From contig JBNKTL010000017.1 of assembly GCA_050298055.1 (NCBI GenBank), forward strand, positions 26,306 to 90,305: a stretch of DNA of 64,000 nt, in the 5' to 3' direction. This DNA is from Spirochaetota bacterium (GTDB lineage: Bacteria; Spirochaetota; UBA4802; UBA5550). Both the position numbers and the translations under genes were made by a program. The notes beneath the pieces were generated by a model. That model was not told where the DNA came from, ran no database searches, and worked only from the letters and a program-made list of their open reading frames with translations. Positions 1-9,241 of this stretch are shown here, piece after piece (within the stretch, counting starts at the first letter, position 1; each line of letters opens with the position of its first letter).

Positions 1-268
1 TCTGAAATAACGCCCTTCCGGGGATATGCCATTTTGTATTTCCCGTCTCTCTGGAGATGGCAATAAACTGTCCGCTCTTCTCATCAAGTTCCGATGAGAT
101 AAATAATGTATCACTGTCTTCTTCAATATCATTTATGACAACAATATCATTAAGCTTTTTTGCCCACAGTTTTTTCCCGTCTGCATTTTTGCACATGAGT
201 ATCGATTTTTCAGGATCATAGGAAAGCGTTATTTTTTCAAGCTGGAAAAAATGTTGTGTACCGCTCAT
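1..268 (-). CDS. Partial hypothetical protein, possibly PQQ-like beta-propeller; runs off the window edge
   Basis: ATG (CAT at 266-268) opens a frame MSGTQHFFQLEKITLSYDPEKSILMCKNADGKKLWAK...AISRETGNTKWHIP that stays open to position 1; DGKKLW and TGNTKW resemble propeller blades. Confidence 0.5.
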   Translation of the reverse strand, partial: MSGTQHFFQLEKITLSYDPEKSILMCKNADGKKLWAKKLNDIVVINDIEEDSDTLFISSELDEKSGQFIAISRETGNTKWHIPGRALFQ

Positions 269-274
269 TTTCTG

Positions 275-1027
275 CTATTCTGTGATGAGCCCCTTTATTT
301 TCATTCCTTCTATTATAAGACGGGCAACTTCTTCCGTGGAGTAAAGTGAGTTGTTTACAAAAAGATGATAGTTATGAGGATCGGTAATATCAAATTTCAC
401 GTATTTTTTCATATAACTGTCCCTTTCCTTGGACTTTTTGCTTATCATTTCTCTGGCTTCATGCCGGGAGAAGCGAAACATTGAAGCGATCCTTTCGATC
501 CTCCAATCCAGGTCTGCTACCAGCCGCACATGATAACCGCTTTTCATGTCACGGGTAATAACATTTCCCGCCCTTCCCACAATGACCACATGTCCGTTCT
601 CCGCGAGAAGTATTATTGTTTCCACGAGTTTTTTGTATACCGAAACCTGCGAAGGGAAATCGCTGAATGCAGTTTGTAAAAATTCGGTGAGCGACCTTCG
701 CGCCGATGTGGTAAGAGTTTCCGCGAGACACTGACAGATCCCCATGTCTGCCATGACAGTTTCAAGGACTTCCTTATCATAAGCGGCCCAGGGACTTTTA
801 AAATCGTATTCTGTATTGAGAATGGTTGAAAGCCTTTCGGCGATTTCAAAACCGCCGCAGCCATATTCCCGGGAAATTGTTACAAAGGGATAGTAGTTTT
901 TCTTGGGGAGCCTGCTTTCTTTTATTCGGGCTATAATTTTCTGGGGTCTGTCGATTTTGTTTTTTCTTTCGTGCCAGAATTTTATCTGCTTCTCTACATG
1001 TTTATCTTTCGCGGATTGTTCACTCAT
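275..1027 (-). CDS. Cytidylate kinase-like family protein
   Basis: VTISREYGCGG P-loop-like motif, VIVGRAG and YHLFVN motifs of the Cytidylate_kin2 family. Confidence 0.85.
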   Translation of the reverse strand: MSEQSAKDKHVEKQIKFWHERKNKIDRPQKIIARIKESRLPKKNYYPFVTISREYGCGGFEIAERLSTILNTEYDFKSPWAAYDKEVLETVMADMGICQCLAETLTTSARRSLTEFLQTAFSDFPSQVSVYKKLVETIILLAENGHVVIVGRAGNVITRDMKSGYHVRLVADLDWRIERIASMFRFSRHEAREMISKKSKERDSYMKKYVKFDITDPHNYHLFVNNSLYSTEEVARLIIEGMKIKGLITE

Positions 1028-1218
1028 TTACAATTCTCCTGAGAAGTCACACCTGATATCAAGTTTTATTTCGATAATATTTCCATTCAGTAAAGGTGCA
1101 AACTGAAAATAGAATTTTCGTCAATGCCCAGCCGTATGGCTGAGATAAATGTATTTTTTTTCAAAGTTATATATATGTTGTGATTTTATCAATCATTTTT
1201 CAAATGAGAAAAATAAAA

Positions 1219-2067
1219 TCATTCAAATTTTCCTATGACCTCGCCCATTCGTAACCTGTCTCCGGAGATAAAACTGTTAAAGTCCACCCTGTTTTTCTGA
1301 AAGAGGAGTATAATTGTGGAACCAATATGGAAGATGCCCAGTTCTTCGCCCTTTTTTATAAAGGGTAAACTTTGATCAGGGAAAAACCTCTCTTCCCTTT
1401 TTCTAAAGGCCCTGTTTGTGGCAGCATCCGAATAAGAGAGTGTTATCCTGCCTACGTCCAGTGCGCCAATTTTGCATACTGCAACAAGGCCGTTATCAGT
1501 CTGTATATAGGATATCATTCTTTCGTTTATGGAGTAAAGTCCTTTATAACCTTTGACCATGAATTCCTGGACAGTGTAGAGCTTTCCGGGAATATGATAA
1601 TACCCCTTTACATTCCCGTTTACCGGGGAGTGAATCCTGTGATAATCGGAGGGAGAGAGGTATATTGTCATGAATGATCCGTCTCTGAACTCCCGGGCAG
1701 TGGGGGAGGGTATCAGCTCTTCCAGGGAATAGTCGATTCCTTTTGCCTGGAGAATTGAATTTCCCCTTATTTCTCCGAACTCCTGGACCCTCCCGTCAAC
1801 GGGTGAGATAACCGTTTTTTTACCGGTATCAATTTTGTGAACACCTTCTTTCAATTCCCGGGTAAAGAACATGTCAAAGTTCCTGAAACCTGATTCGGGT
1901 ATAAAATACTCTTCACGGTTTACATTGTATGTTCTGCAGTACCAGTTGATTATTGGTTTCAAAAGAAAACCGGGAAGATGCAGCTGTGCAATAAATCCTG
2001 CAAACCGTGAAAGAAGGCATGTTGGAAGTATTCTGAAAAAGTCTATTATCAGTTTATTTTTGTTCAT
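1219..2067 (-). CDS. psd: Phosphatidylserine decarboxylase proenzyme
   Basis: FFTRELK, SPVDG, YLSPSDYHRIHSP, NER, and the GST self-cleavage motif (HIGSTII). Confidence 0.93.
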   Translation of the reverse strand: MNKNKLIIDFFRILPTCLLSRFAGFIAQLHLPGFLLKPIINWYCRTYNVNREEYFIPESGFRNFDMFFTRELKEGVHKIDTGKKTVISPVDGRVQEFGEIRGNSILQAKGIDYSLEELIPSPTAREFRDGSFMTIYLSPSDYHRIHSPVNGNVKGYYHIPGKLYTVQEFMVKGYKGLYSINERMISYIQTDNGLVAVCKIGALDVGRITLSYSDAATNRAFRKREERFFPDQSLPFIKKGEELGIFHIGSTIILLFQKNRVDFNSFISGDRLRMGEVIGKFE

Positions 2068-2187
2068 TATTGGGTCTTCGCTTAGATTGAAAATAATTCA
2101 ATGGGAAGACACACATTATTATTACACTCTTCTAAATCAAGATTTTTTTTATTTGACACAGTAATGGAGAGTGATCAATATTAAATC

Positions 2188-2622
2188 ATGAAAACTTCCT
2201 GTTTAACAGCACTTTTAATTCTCCTCTCCGGCAGTCTTCCCGTCTCTGCTGAAAATGGTTTTAAACCCTGGGGTGCGGATATAAGAATAGGAGATGAGAC
2301 AAAGAAGATTATAAAGCATACAGATGATGTAAAGGGGGGCCCGGGAAGAGCGGGTATCATCAACAGGAGTGTCAGGCCGGTCTACAATGGTGTTCAGGGA
2401 GGGGCATACTTTATGATACGGTTCTTCCAGGTGGTTATCTCTCCCCAGGATGGAGCGAACTGCAGGTTTACGCCGACGTGCAGCGCGTATGGAAAACATG
2501 CAGTGGAGAAACATGGAGCCCTCCTGGGAGCAATAATGGCAGGAGAGAGACTTATCAGGTGCAATCCCTATACCCGGCCCGGCTATGACAGGGTTCCTGA
2601 TAAAATTTTTTCGGGTAAATAA
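2188..2622 (+). CDS. yidD: YidD-like (membrane protein insertion efficiency factor) protein with N-terminal signal peptide
   Basis: CRFTPTCSAY...RLIRCNP...GYDRVP signature. Confidence 0.8.
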   Translation: MKTSCLTALLILLSGSLPVSAENGFKPWGADIRIGDETKKIIKHTDDVKGGPGRAGIINRSVRPVYNGVQGGAYFMIRFFQVVISPQDGANCRFTPTCSAYGKHAVEKHGALLGAIMAGERLIRCNPYTRPGYDRVPDKIFSGK

Positions 2623-2631
2623 TCTCTCCCT

Positions 2632-3516
2632 ATGAAATATCTTTCCCTCTTTCTTCTGCTGGTAATAGAGATTGTTTCAACGCCCCTTTCACTCTATTCT
2701 GACAGTTTCTCTGATCATCAAAAAGTGTTTATCAAAAAACTCTACAGGGAAAAACGCTATTTTGATGCCATTTCTGAAACACGGCGCTTGGTATCTTATC
2801 TCGGAGACTTCCCTGAAAAACGAAAATATGAGTATTTTATTCTGAGTAATTACTATCTCGGGGGACAGTATAAATCGGTTATTTTTCACTTTAATCATTT
2901 CTCCCGGGACCTCAATATTGCCGAAAAGCTCCTCCTCTCACGATCATACCTCAAAGCGGGTCTTTACACTGAAAGTTCCGCTGTTTTAAAGGGTCAGGAG
3001 TATGGTAATTCTCCGGGAGAAAACTACAGAATTCTCCTGGGCCGGGTTGAACCTCTTCTCTACCTGCATAATAATGATTCTGCACTTGACCGCATCAATG
3101 AAGCGGAGAAATATATACAGGCGGATGCGTACGCGGATTTAAAAAAAGATGTATTGAAATACCATGATATGAGCTACAGGTCGCCGGTACTGGGAGGGGT
3201 CCTCTCTGCAGTGGTACCCGGTTCAGGCCAGGTTTACTCAGGAAAATATTTATCGGGCCTTATCAGTTTACTGGGTGTAGCGGCAGCAGCTGCAGGGACC
3301 CGTTATTACCACGAAAAGGGGAAAAGGGGACTGGCCTGCAGCATGGGTTTCTTTACACTCCTCTTTTACACGGGAAATATCTATACCGGCTATAATTCCG
3401 CCCGGGGAAGGAATCATGATGAGGAGACAAAGTACTTTAACAGGGTGAGAAGGAGTTTTTCCCGGTATGATACTCCCCTTGAGGAATCGGATTTAGAGAA
3501 GATATTTCATGAATAA
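2632..3516 (+). CDS. Exported TPR-like protein with C-terminal TM2/DUF5683-like membrane region
   Basis: Signal peptide, helical repeats, then SAVVPGSGQVYSG followed by hydrophobic helices. Confidence 0.65.
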   Translation: MKYLSLFLLLVIEIVSTPLSLYSDSFSDHQKVFIKKLYREKRYFDAISETRRLVSYLGDFPEKRKYEYFILSNYYLGGQYKSVIFHFNHFSRDLNIAEKLLLSRSYLKAGLYTESSAVLKGQEYGNSPGENYRILLGRVEPLLYLHNNDSALDRINEAEKYIQADAYADLKKDVLKYHDMSYRSPVLGGVLSAVVPGSGQVYSGKYLSGLISLLGVAAAAAGTRYYHEKGKRGLACSMGFFTLLFYTGNIYTGYNSARGRNHDEETKYFNRVRRSFSRYDTPLEESDLEKIFHE

Positions 3517-4360
3517 AATAATAATATTCATTGCCATTTTCTTTCTTTCTATAGTTCCTTTAAGAGCAGAAGAGAGGGACCTGATAAAGTTTGCGGAATT
3601 ATCATACGGGAAAACAGAATACTATAGCACAATCACATCACTGATGCGCTACCAGTATCTCTATCCTCACGGTAAGTACTATGCGGAGAGCATGCTCCTT
3701 ATGGGTAAGGCATACTACAGGGGGGACAATTTCGGAAGGGCGGCTGAAGTCCTCACCTCGGCCTATGGCCGGTTTCCCGATGAGGAAGCAGGTGAAGAAT
3801 CTCTCTATATTCTGGGAAGGATGAGGCTTATGAGCGCTTCTCCCTTTTATGCCCTGAGGTCTTTCCAGGAATATCTGCATGTCTATGAAGAGGGAAGATA
3901 CAGAGAGGATGCAATCTTCAATTCATGTTATTCATATGCGCTGAGCCCCGCAATAAGTCTCGCTCAGAGGAAAATCAATGAATACAGAAAGGCCTATCCC
4001 CGGGGAAAATACCTGGAAGAGATAGATCAACTGGAGAAAAGCATACGGTATGAAATAAACAGGCCGAAAAAAAGTGTAGGTGTTGCGGTTGCCGGGTCAC
4101 TTATTTTCCCCGGGTTCGGACACTTCTATACCGGGAATTACTCAACCGGTTTTCTTTCCCTCTTTACAAATGCCCTTCTTATTTTCCTGATCTATGACGG
4201 TTACCGGGATGAAAGAAAAGCCCAGATGCTTGTTGCCGGCCTGGCGGAACTCTCATTTTACCAGTATTCAATCTATGAGGGTGCAAGGAATGTGAACAGG
4301 TATAACAGCAGGGAAGAATTCTACAGGCATGTGAGATTGAGTATCGGGACGAAGTTCTGA
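3509..4360 (+). CDS. BamD/TPR-like protein with C-terminal TM2/DUF5683-like membrane region
   Basis: Signal peptide; TPR pairs with YP-G-Y turns; SLIFPGFGHFYTG motif; overlaps the upstream gene by 8 nt. Confidence 0.7.
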   Translation: MNKIIIFIAIFFLSIVPLRAEERDLIKFAELSYGKTEYYSTITSLMRYQYLYPHGKYYAESMLLMGKAYYRGDNFGRAAEVLTSAYGRFPDEEAGEESLYILGRMRLMSASPFYALRSFQEYLHVYEEGRYREDAIFNSCYSYALSPAISLAQRKINEYRKAYPRGKYLEEIDQLEKSIRYEINRPKKSVGVAVAGSLIFPGFGHFYTGNYSTGFLSLFTNALLIFLIYDGYRDERKAQMLVAGLAELSFYQYSIYEGARNVNRYNSREEFYRHVRLSIGTKF

Positions 4361-4397
4361 TTATCTATGAAATAATATTTTCTCTCAGTACCGAATG

Positions 4398-4462
4398 CCC
4401 TCACCCCCCCCCCGGCCCCCTCTCCCAGAGAGTTTAATGGAGGAGGATGGGAGAGGGGGAGT
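4398..4462. repeat. REP-like palindrome
   Basis: CCCTCACCCCC..GGCCCCCTCTCCCA...TGGGAGAGGGGG inverted repeat in an intergenic region. Confidence 0.55.
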
Positions 4463-4533
4463 GTTTAAAAAGGGTAAAGTTAAAACTTTAAAAAATAATT
4501 TTCTTCTCTTGAATTATTAATTACAATAAATGC

Positions 4534-5106
4534 ATGAAAAGAATCAATTTGAGAACCCTCTATAGTTTTTTCGTTTTCTGTATAATAGTAACCTCCTGCG
4601 GCAGCAAAAATGTACGGCTGGAGGATGTTCCCTCTACAGAATACAGGGGGTTTCTCATACAGGAGCCAAGGGGGGGGCTCGATATCAGGAAACCCCTGGA
4701 CTTTATCATGATCAATGAGCCGTTGTTTTTCAGGCTGTTGAAAAAGCACGTGAAAAAAATTGAGTACAGCGCATATCTCTCTAATAGAAATTTTCCCTAT
4801 TACGATATCATTATTATCTCGCAATTTACCCTGGAGAGAGGGGAGGCCCATTCCGCGTCCGTCCTTCTCCATGAGCTCTTCCACATCATTCTGAACACTA
4901 TTCGGAGAAACAGATCACACTGTGGTATTGATGAGAAAACTTTTTTGCTGAAAGCGGGAATAAAGTATGACGACATTAAAGGTATGAAGAAGAATGCCGA
5001 GGAAAGGGCAGCGTACCTGTTCCAGTATGGTTTTATAAAACAATATGGTACTGAAAGAGATATCGATTATCAGAGGCAGAAACTTGAAAAGCTTGGCATT
5101 CACTAG
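4534..5106 (+). CDS. Putative lipoprotein with zincin-type HExxH motif
   Basis: Lipobox-like IVTSC; LLHELFH and downstream EERAAY. Confidence 0.55.
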   Translation: MKRINLRTLYSFFVFCIIVTSCGSKNVRLEDVPSTEYRGFLIQEPRGGLDIRKPLDFIMINEPLFFRLLKKHVKKIEYSAYLSNRNFPYYDIIIISQFTLERGEAHSASVLLHELFHIILNTIRRNRSHCGIDEKTFLLKAGIKYDDIKGMKKNAEERAAYLFQYGFIKQYGTERDIDYQRQKLEKLGIH

Positions 5107-5231
5107 TGCTGAGCCCGCGTGATTTTGCACCAAGAAGATTTTCTTAATAGTTGGATATTCCAGCAGTTAACCAATCATGATTAGTTAAAAATCACGCAGT
5201 CGAAGTACGGGGAAAAAAACCGGAGGAAATA

Positions 5232-5903
5232 ATGAGTGATCTCGAAGATCATATTGAAGAGTCAATTGATGATGAACTGCTCAGCAGTAATGTTCAGCTT
5301 ATCGATTACGAACAGCTTCTCAAGACAAATGAACTTTCTGTTGCAGCTAACAAGATTATTGAGACAAGCTATTTTCAGGAAGTGGACTTCATGCGGATGG
5401 ATGCCATTGATAAGTTCCTGGAGTTTGTTTTTTTCAAGGTACAGACCGGGTACATGGAAATTATTCACATGGGGTATCCCACGAAAAGGATGATGGATGA
5501 GGACCTCGAAGCAAAGATTATTGAACTCATTAATATTCACATGATTCCGGAAATTATCTTCAAGCTTCTTAAATTTTTTACAAGGAACCTGAATGATCCC
5601 GATACAAATCTTTACATTTCATACCTGATTTACTCCTCTGAGATCATTAAATCTATCTATGATACATTTCTCATGTTCAAAAAAGATATCTTTATCAGTG
5701 AACCTGAGAAGAGGGCGCTTAATGTAAAGAGGATACAGCAGTTTTCTCCACGGTCAGAACTGAAACTTTCTTCGCCCCTGGATGCGGCCGCAAGGCTTAA
5801 GTATATACTTGAGTTCTTTTCTATCAGGTATCATGTTGAAAACATTTACAGGAAAGAAGACCTTGTGATGCTGGGAGAAAAGGAATTAATCTCACAGAGG
5901 TAA
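5232..5903 (+). CDS. Hypothetical protein
   Basis: 223-aa ORF with strong RBS (GGAGG); no motif recognised. Confidence 0.75.
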   Translation: MSDLEDHIEESIDDELLSSNVQLIDYEQLLKTNELSVAANKIIETSYFQEVDFMRMDAIDKFLEFVFFKVQTGYMEIIHMGYPTKRMMDEDLEAKIIELINIHMIPEIIFKLLKFFTRNLNDPDTNLYISYLIYSSEIIKSIYDTFLMFKKDIFISEPEKRALNVKRIQQFSPRSELKLSSPLDAAARLKYILEFFSIRYHVENIYRKEDLVMLGEKELISQR

Positions 5904-5910
5904 GGCCGTA

Positions 5911-6372
5911 TCAGGGGATCGGTTGATAGAGGGAAAATTTTTCAACAACATCGTCCTGGTTTCTTTCAGTCTCAATTAACTTTATCTGCCTGTATCTTCC
6001 GGAGTCCTTAAACAGGTCACTGTTATACAGCGGTTCATAGAGATAAATCAGTCCGCTCATTACATCCTTCATGTCCGCAAGGCTTCCTTCCACAACTGTG
6101 AACTTGTAGTAGATGTCTCTTTCGGAAATGCTTTCAAGAATTTCCGGAAAGGGAGTAACGTCCGGGTCCATGAATTTCTTCAGGCCTCCCCTGCAGCCGT
6201 CTCTCCAGCAGCTGTAGAATATCAGAATTTCGAATTTTCTCTTTTTATGCATCAGACAGATGATTCCCGGCAGTTCGGTAACAATTTTCATTGCATCATA
6301 TTTATCATACCTGTGAACCGGTGACCAGGCTATCCTGTAGATCGCGTTATTGCCGGATATTATTTTCTTCAT
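5911..6372 (-). CDS. Hypothetical protein, degenerate GIY-YIG-like fold
   Basis: ELPGII at the N-terminus and LIYLYEPLYN near the C-terminus echo the UvrC GIY-YIG domain; ATGA-type overlap with the LON-domain gene. Confidence 0.55.
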   Translation of the reverse strand: MKKIISGNNAIYRIAWSPVHRYDKYDAMKIVTELPGIICLMHKKRKFEILIFYSCWRDGCRGGLKKFMDPDVTPFPEILESISERDIYYKFTVVEGSLADMKDVMSGLIYLYEPLYNSDLFKDSGRYRQIKLIETERNQDDVVEKFSLYQPIP

Positions 6373-6965
6373 AATACATCTTTATTCTTTTTTCTTATTC
6401 TCAGGATAAGCTTTCCCATGGTTTTAATAAGGAGGTTCCCCCTTTTTATCAGGTTGAGTTCATTGAGAATTTTAAATCTGCCTTTGAAACCGAGAACAAA
6501 GTAGTTTGATATAAAGTCTGTGAGCTGGTTAATGTCGCTGATATAGTTGAGGAGGTCTATGAGCTTATCTGACTCATCGACATTGATCAGAAAAATCAGT
6601 TCCTGCGATTTTTTTCTCAGATCTTCAACAAGTTCTTCGTTCCTGTTTTCTTCATTTTCATTGATAATTGAATAGTCGGCTACCTGTTGTCTGTGGATTT
6701 TTTTTATCCTGACCCTTGAGAGTCCTTTCAACTGGATTTTTATTTTATTGTCAGAATTGTATTTCTCAATGACCTCAGTGAGAGTTGCTATCCTGTTTTT
6801 ATAAAAAACCGCATCAAGCAATCTTCTTATGGGGAAAGCCAGAATCCTGTCACCATTTTTTATGGAGTCAGATGATTCGGAATGCGCTACCACAACATTT
6901 ATCGTACAGTAAGGGAAGACGACTTTTCTTTTCAGATAAAATATTTTTGATGTTTTTTCTTTCAT
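6369..6965 (-). CDS. Stand-alone LON peptidase substrate-binding domain protein
   Basis: VVFPY, LKGLSRVRI, and the C-terminal KILNELNLIKR pattern; start reassigned to ATG at 6965 because the upstream extension is repeat DNA. Confidence 0.75.
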   Translation of the reverse strand: MKEKTSKIFYLKRKVVFPYCTINVVVAHSESSDSIKNGDRILAFPIRRLLDAVFYKNRIATLTEVIEKYNSDNKIKIQLKGLSRVRIKKIHRQQVADYSIINENEENRNEELVEDLRKKSQELIFLINVDESDKLIDLLNYISDINQLTDFISNYFVLGFKGRFKILNELNLIKRGNLLIKTMGKLILRIRKKNKDVL

Positions 6966-6982
6966 GCTTTTATGAATAAACA

Positions 6983-7084
6983 GTAATGACTCAGCTATGT
7001 ATAAAAATAGATATGTTAATGAATAAAAGATAACTGATGTGTTGTTGTCATACAGCTTATTCTTATACATATAGGAGTCGTTAC
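6983..7084. mobile_element. MITE-like element copy, internally deleted
   Basis: TIRs GTAATGACTC...GAGTCGTTAC; the internal sequence is the reverse complement of the right arm of the copies at 8935 and 43243. Confidence 0.6.
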
Positions 7085-7189
7085 AAATAATCAACCTCAA
7101 AATAAAAAAAGATTGTAATATTTGTCAATATGTATATAGTGTAATATATCATGAAAGCGTAAGTTAACACATTTATTCCGGGGTCAGCA

Positions 7190-7507
7190 ATGGATGAAAA
7201 AAGAAAATTTGAAAGAACAAAGGTTAATACAAAATCAGAAGTTCATTCTGATGAAGGGATGACTTTCAGTAAATCTACGGACATGAGTAACGGAGGGCTC
7301 TTTATTGCCACGCCCGAGCCATTGGCTGAAGGGTCTGAAGTAAGCCTTTCTCTGCAGATTCCCGGTGAAGAGTCGGTTGATATTAAAGGTGTTGTCAGGT
7401 GGGTCAGGGAGAGCGGCGATGAGGATTCAAAATCCGGAATGGGTATTGAGTTTGTGGATATCTCTGAAAATGATCTTGAAAACCTGAAAAAGATCGTACT
7501 CGAATAA
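7190..7507 (+). CDS. PilZ domain protein (c-di-GMP receptor)
   Basis: RKFER (RxxxR) and DMSNGG (DxSxxG) motifs; GMGIEF. Confidence 0.9.
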   Translation: MDEKRKFERTKVNTKSEVHSDEGMTFSKSTDMSNGGLFIATPEPLAEGSEVSLSLQIPGEESVDIKGVVRWVRESGDEDSKSGMGIEFVDISENDLENLKKIVLE

Positions 7508-7517
7508 TAAAATTTTA

Positions 7518-8870
7518 TCAGGTCCTGATTCCACCCATCTTCCCAATCGTGCGTATTAAAAAAAATCCAAAAGTCGTAAGGTTTTCTCCCTCTTTCAGGT
7601 ATATGCGTTTGATTATGTAAGCACATGCGAACTTTTTCAGGTCCATACTCTTAATGAATTTAAAAAGGGAGCTGAATTTCTGTTCAATAGAGACTTCCAT
7701 TATTTCTGTGATAAAATTTTCAATCCTGGTTTTCACAATTTCCGTGTAGAACTTGGAAAAAGAGATCTTCTTGTCCCTATAGACAAATCTTTCGGTAAAT
7801 GCTTTAATCCCGTAATCAACATTAATCAGGTAATCAACAATATCAGCAATATCATCTTTGAACTCCACACTGCTCAGTCTTCCCGGATCTTCCACAAAGA
7901 GATTGAAAACAGGTTGTATCTTCTCCTTCATGACCTCGTCGGCAATGTTCCTGAATTTCAGCCTGCTGTCAGTGTTGAATATCTCTGATATTATCCTGTC
8001 TATAAGACTGCCATATTGCCGCCCGAAGGGTGTTTTCAGCATTTTATCGTTATAGTCCTGAGTTATCCTGTCTTTGGCATCCTGGATGCTTTCCTGTACT
8101 CTGCCATTCTCCTCATCCAGTTTCTCCCTGGCTTTTAGTGTCTGGATCCTGCTCTCCTGGGCTTCATTCATATGTTCAATGACTTTAACGGTATTTTCAA
8201 CTATCTGGCTCAGTGTCTGCCTCGGTTTTCTTGAAATCAGGAGAACATCATTTACTTTGAAGTCACTGTCATTGAAAAAGTATTTCATATAGGTCCTGTC
8301 ATTCCACCACTCGGGTTGATTGATCAGGAGGACATACGCGTCATGAAGTGATGCTGAAATATAGCCGTGCTGGGCCTTTGTTGATATAGTGATATTTCCC
8401 AGGGATAGTTCTTCAAAGGTCTTGATATGGCCCTTTAGTTCGTTGAGGGGCATTGTGAGTGTTGTATTGTTTTTGGCCATGTTTATGTTATATTGCTGTA
8501 TCTGATGGTTGAGTCTGTTTTCTATGGTATTTCTCAGATTTATATATGAGGAGATGTTGTAGGGATAAGCTGTCTCGGAGAATATATTGGAAATATACTC
8601 AACTTCAAGGTCCTTGAGCCCTTTGGATGCTATGTTATATATTTTTGATATTGCCTGTATATCTACGAGCAGGTTGATTATCAGGTTGGTCTGTTCACTG
8701 TTGAGATTGTATTTATAGTTAATAAGACCGGCAAGTTTTCCCTCTGCGATGAAATCGGAATAATCGGTAATTTTATTAAATATCCTCTCCATACTGGCCG
8801 AATCGGTAAATTCGGTGATATTTTCAATATCGATCAAAACTCTCGTTGTGATCAATCCATCATCAAACAT
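7518..8870 (-). CDS. Hypothetical protein with coiled-coil segment
   Basis: 450-aa ORF with RBS (AGGAG); no family recognised. Confidence 0.75.
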   Translation of the reverse strand: MFDDGLITTRVLIDIENITEFTDSASMERIFNKITDYSDFIAEGKLAGLINYKYNLNSEQTNLIINLLVDIQAISKIYNIASKGLKDLEVEYISNIFSETAYPYNISSYINLRNTIENRLNHQIQQYNINMAKNNTTLTMPLNELKGHIKTFEELSLGNITISTKAQHGYISASLHDAYVLLINQPEWWNDRTYMKYFFNDSDFKVNDVLLISRKPRQTLSQIVENTVKVIEHMNEAQESRIQTLKAREKLDEENGRVQESIQDAKDRITQDYNDKMLKTPFGRQYGSLIDRIISEIFNTDSRLKFRNIADEVMKEKIQPVFNLFVEDPGRLSSVEFKDDIADIVDYLINVDYGIKAFTERFVYRDKKISFSKFYTEIVKTRIENFITEIMEVSIEQKFSSLFKFIKSMDLKKFACAYIIKRIYLKEGENLTTFGFFLIRTIGKMGGIRT

Positions 8871-8934
8871 GGTATACTCCTGAATAGATTCATTGTTAAA
8901 GCAAAAAAGAAAACCATATGACAGCTGCTTTATG

Positions 8935-9036
8935 GGAACTACCCATCGTGTGTTCCCTCCGCCAGGACCGGCGGGAACACACCGGTTATATTTTATTCAT
9001 TAACATGTCTCTTTTATACATAGCAAAGTAGGTAAT
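8935..9036. mobile_element. MITE-like element copy, degenerate
   Basis: GTGTTCCC..CCG..CGGCGGGAACAC hairpin followed by GGTTAT.TTTTATTCATTAACAT..TATACATAGC, shared with the other copies. Confidence 0.55.
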
Positions 9037-9114
9037 GTTGAACAATTAAAATCATTCTATAAACATAGAATGTATGTGTAAATAAAAAAACAATGAGAAT
9101 TTAGTATTGACTGG

Positions 9115-9144
9115 TTGACAATATAAAAAAAAGTATGATATAGT
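9115..9144 (+). promoter_or_regulatory. Sigma70-type promoter
   Basis: TTGACA-18 nt-TATAGT with extended -10 TG, upstream of the kinase gene. Confidence 0.55.
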
Positions 9145-9241
9145 AGTGCTTGTTGAAATGTTCCTTTTTTCTCATATCTGAAACCATAGAGTGAACTTTC
9201 TCAAGTCAGGTATCTGTGTCGAGGAGTGGTCTACCGGGTAA

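Noticed and set aside
6966..7100. N-terminal extension of the LON-domain ORF
   Set aside because: Overlaps a MITE-like repeat; ATG at 6965 is the more plausible start
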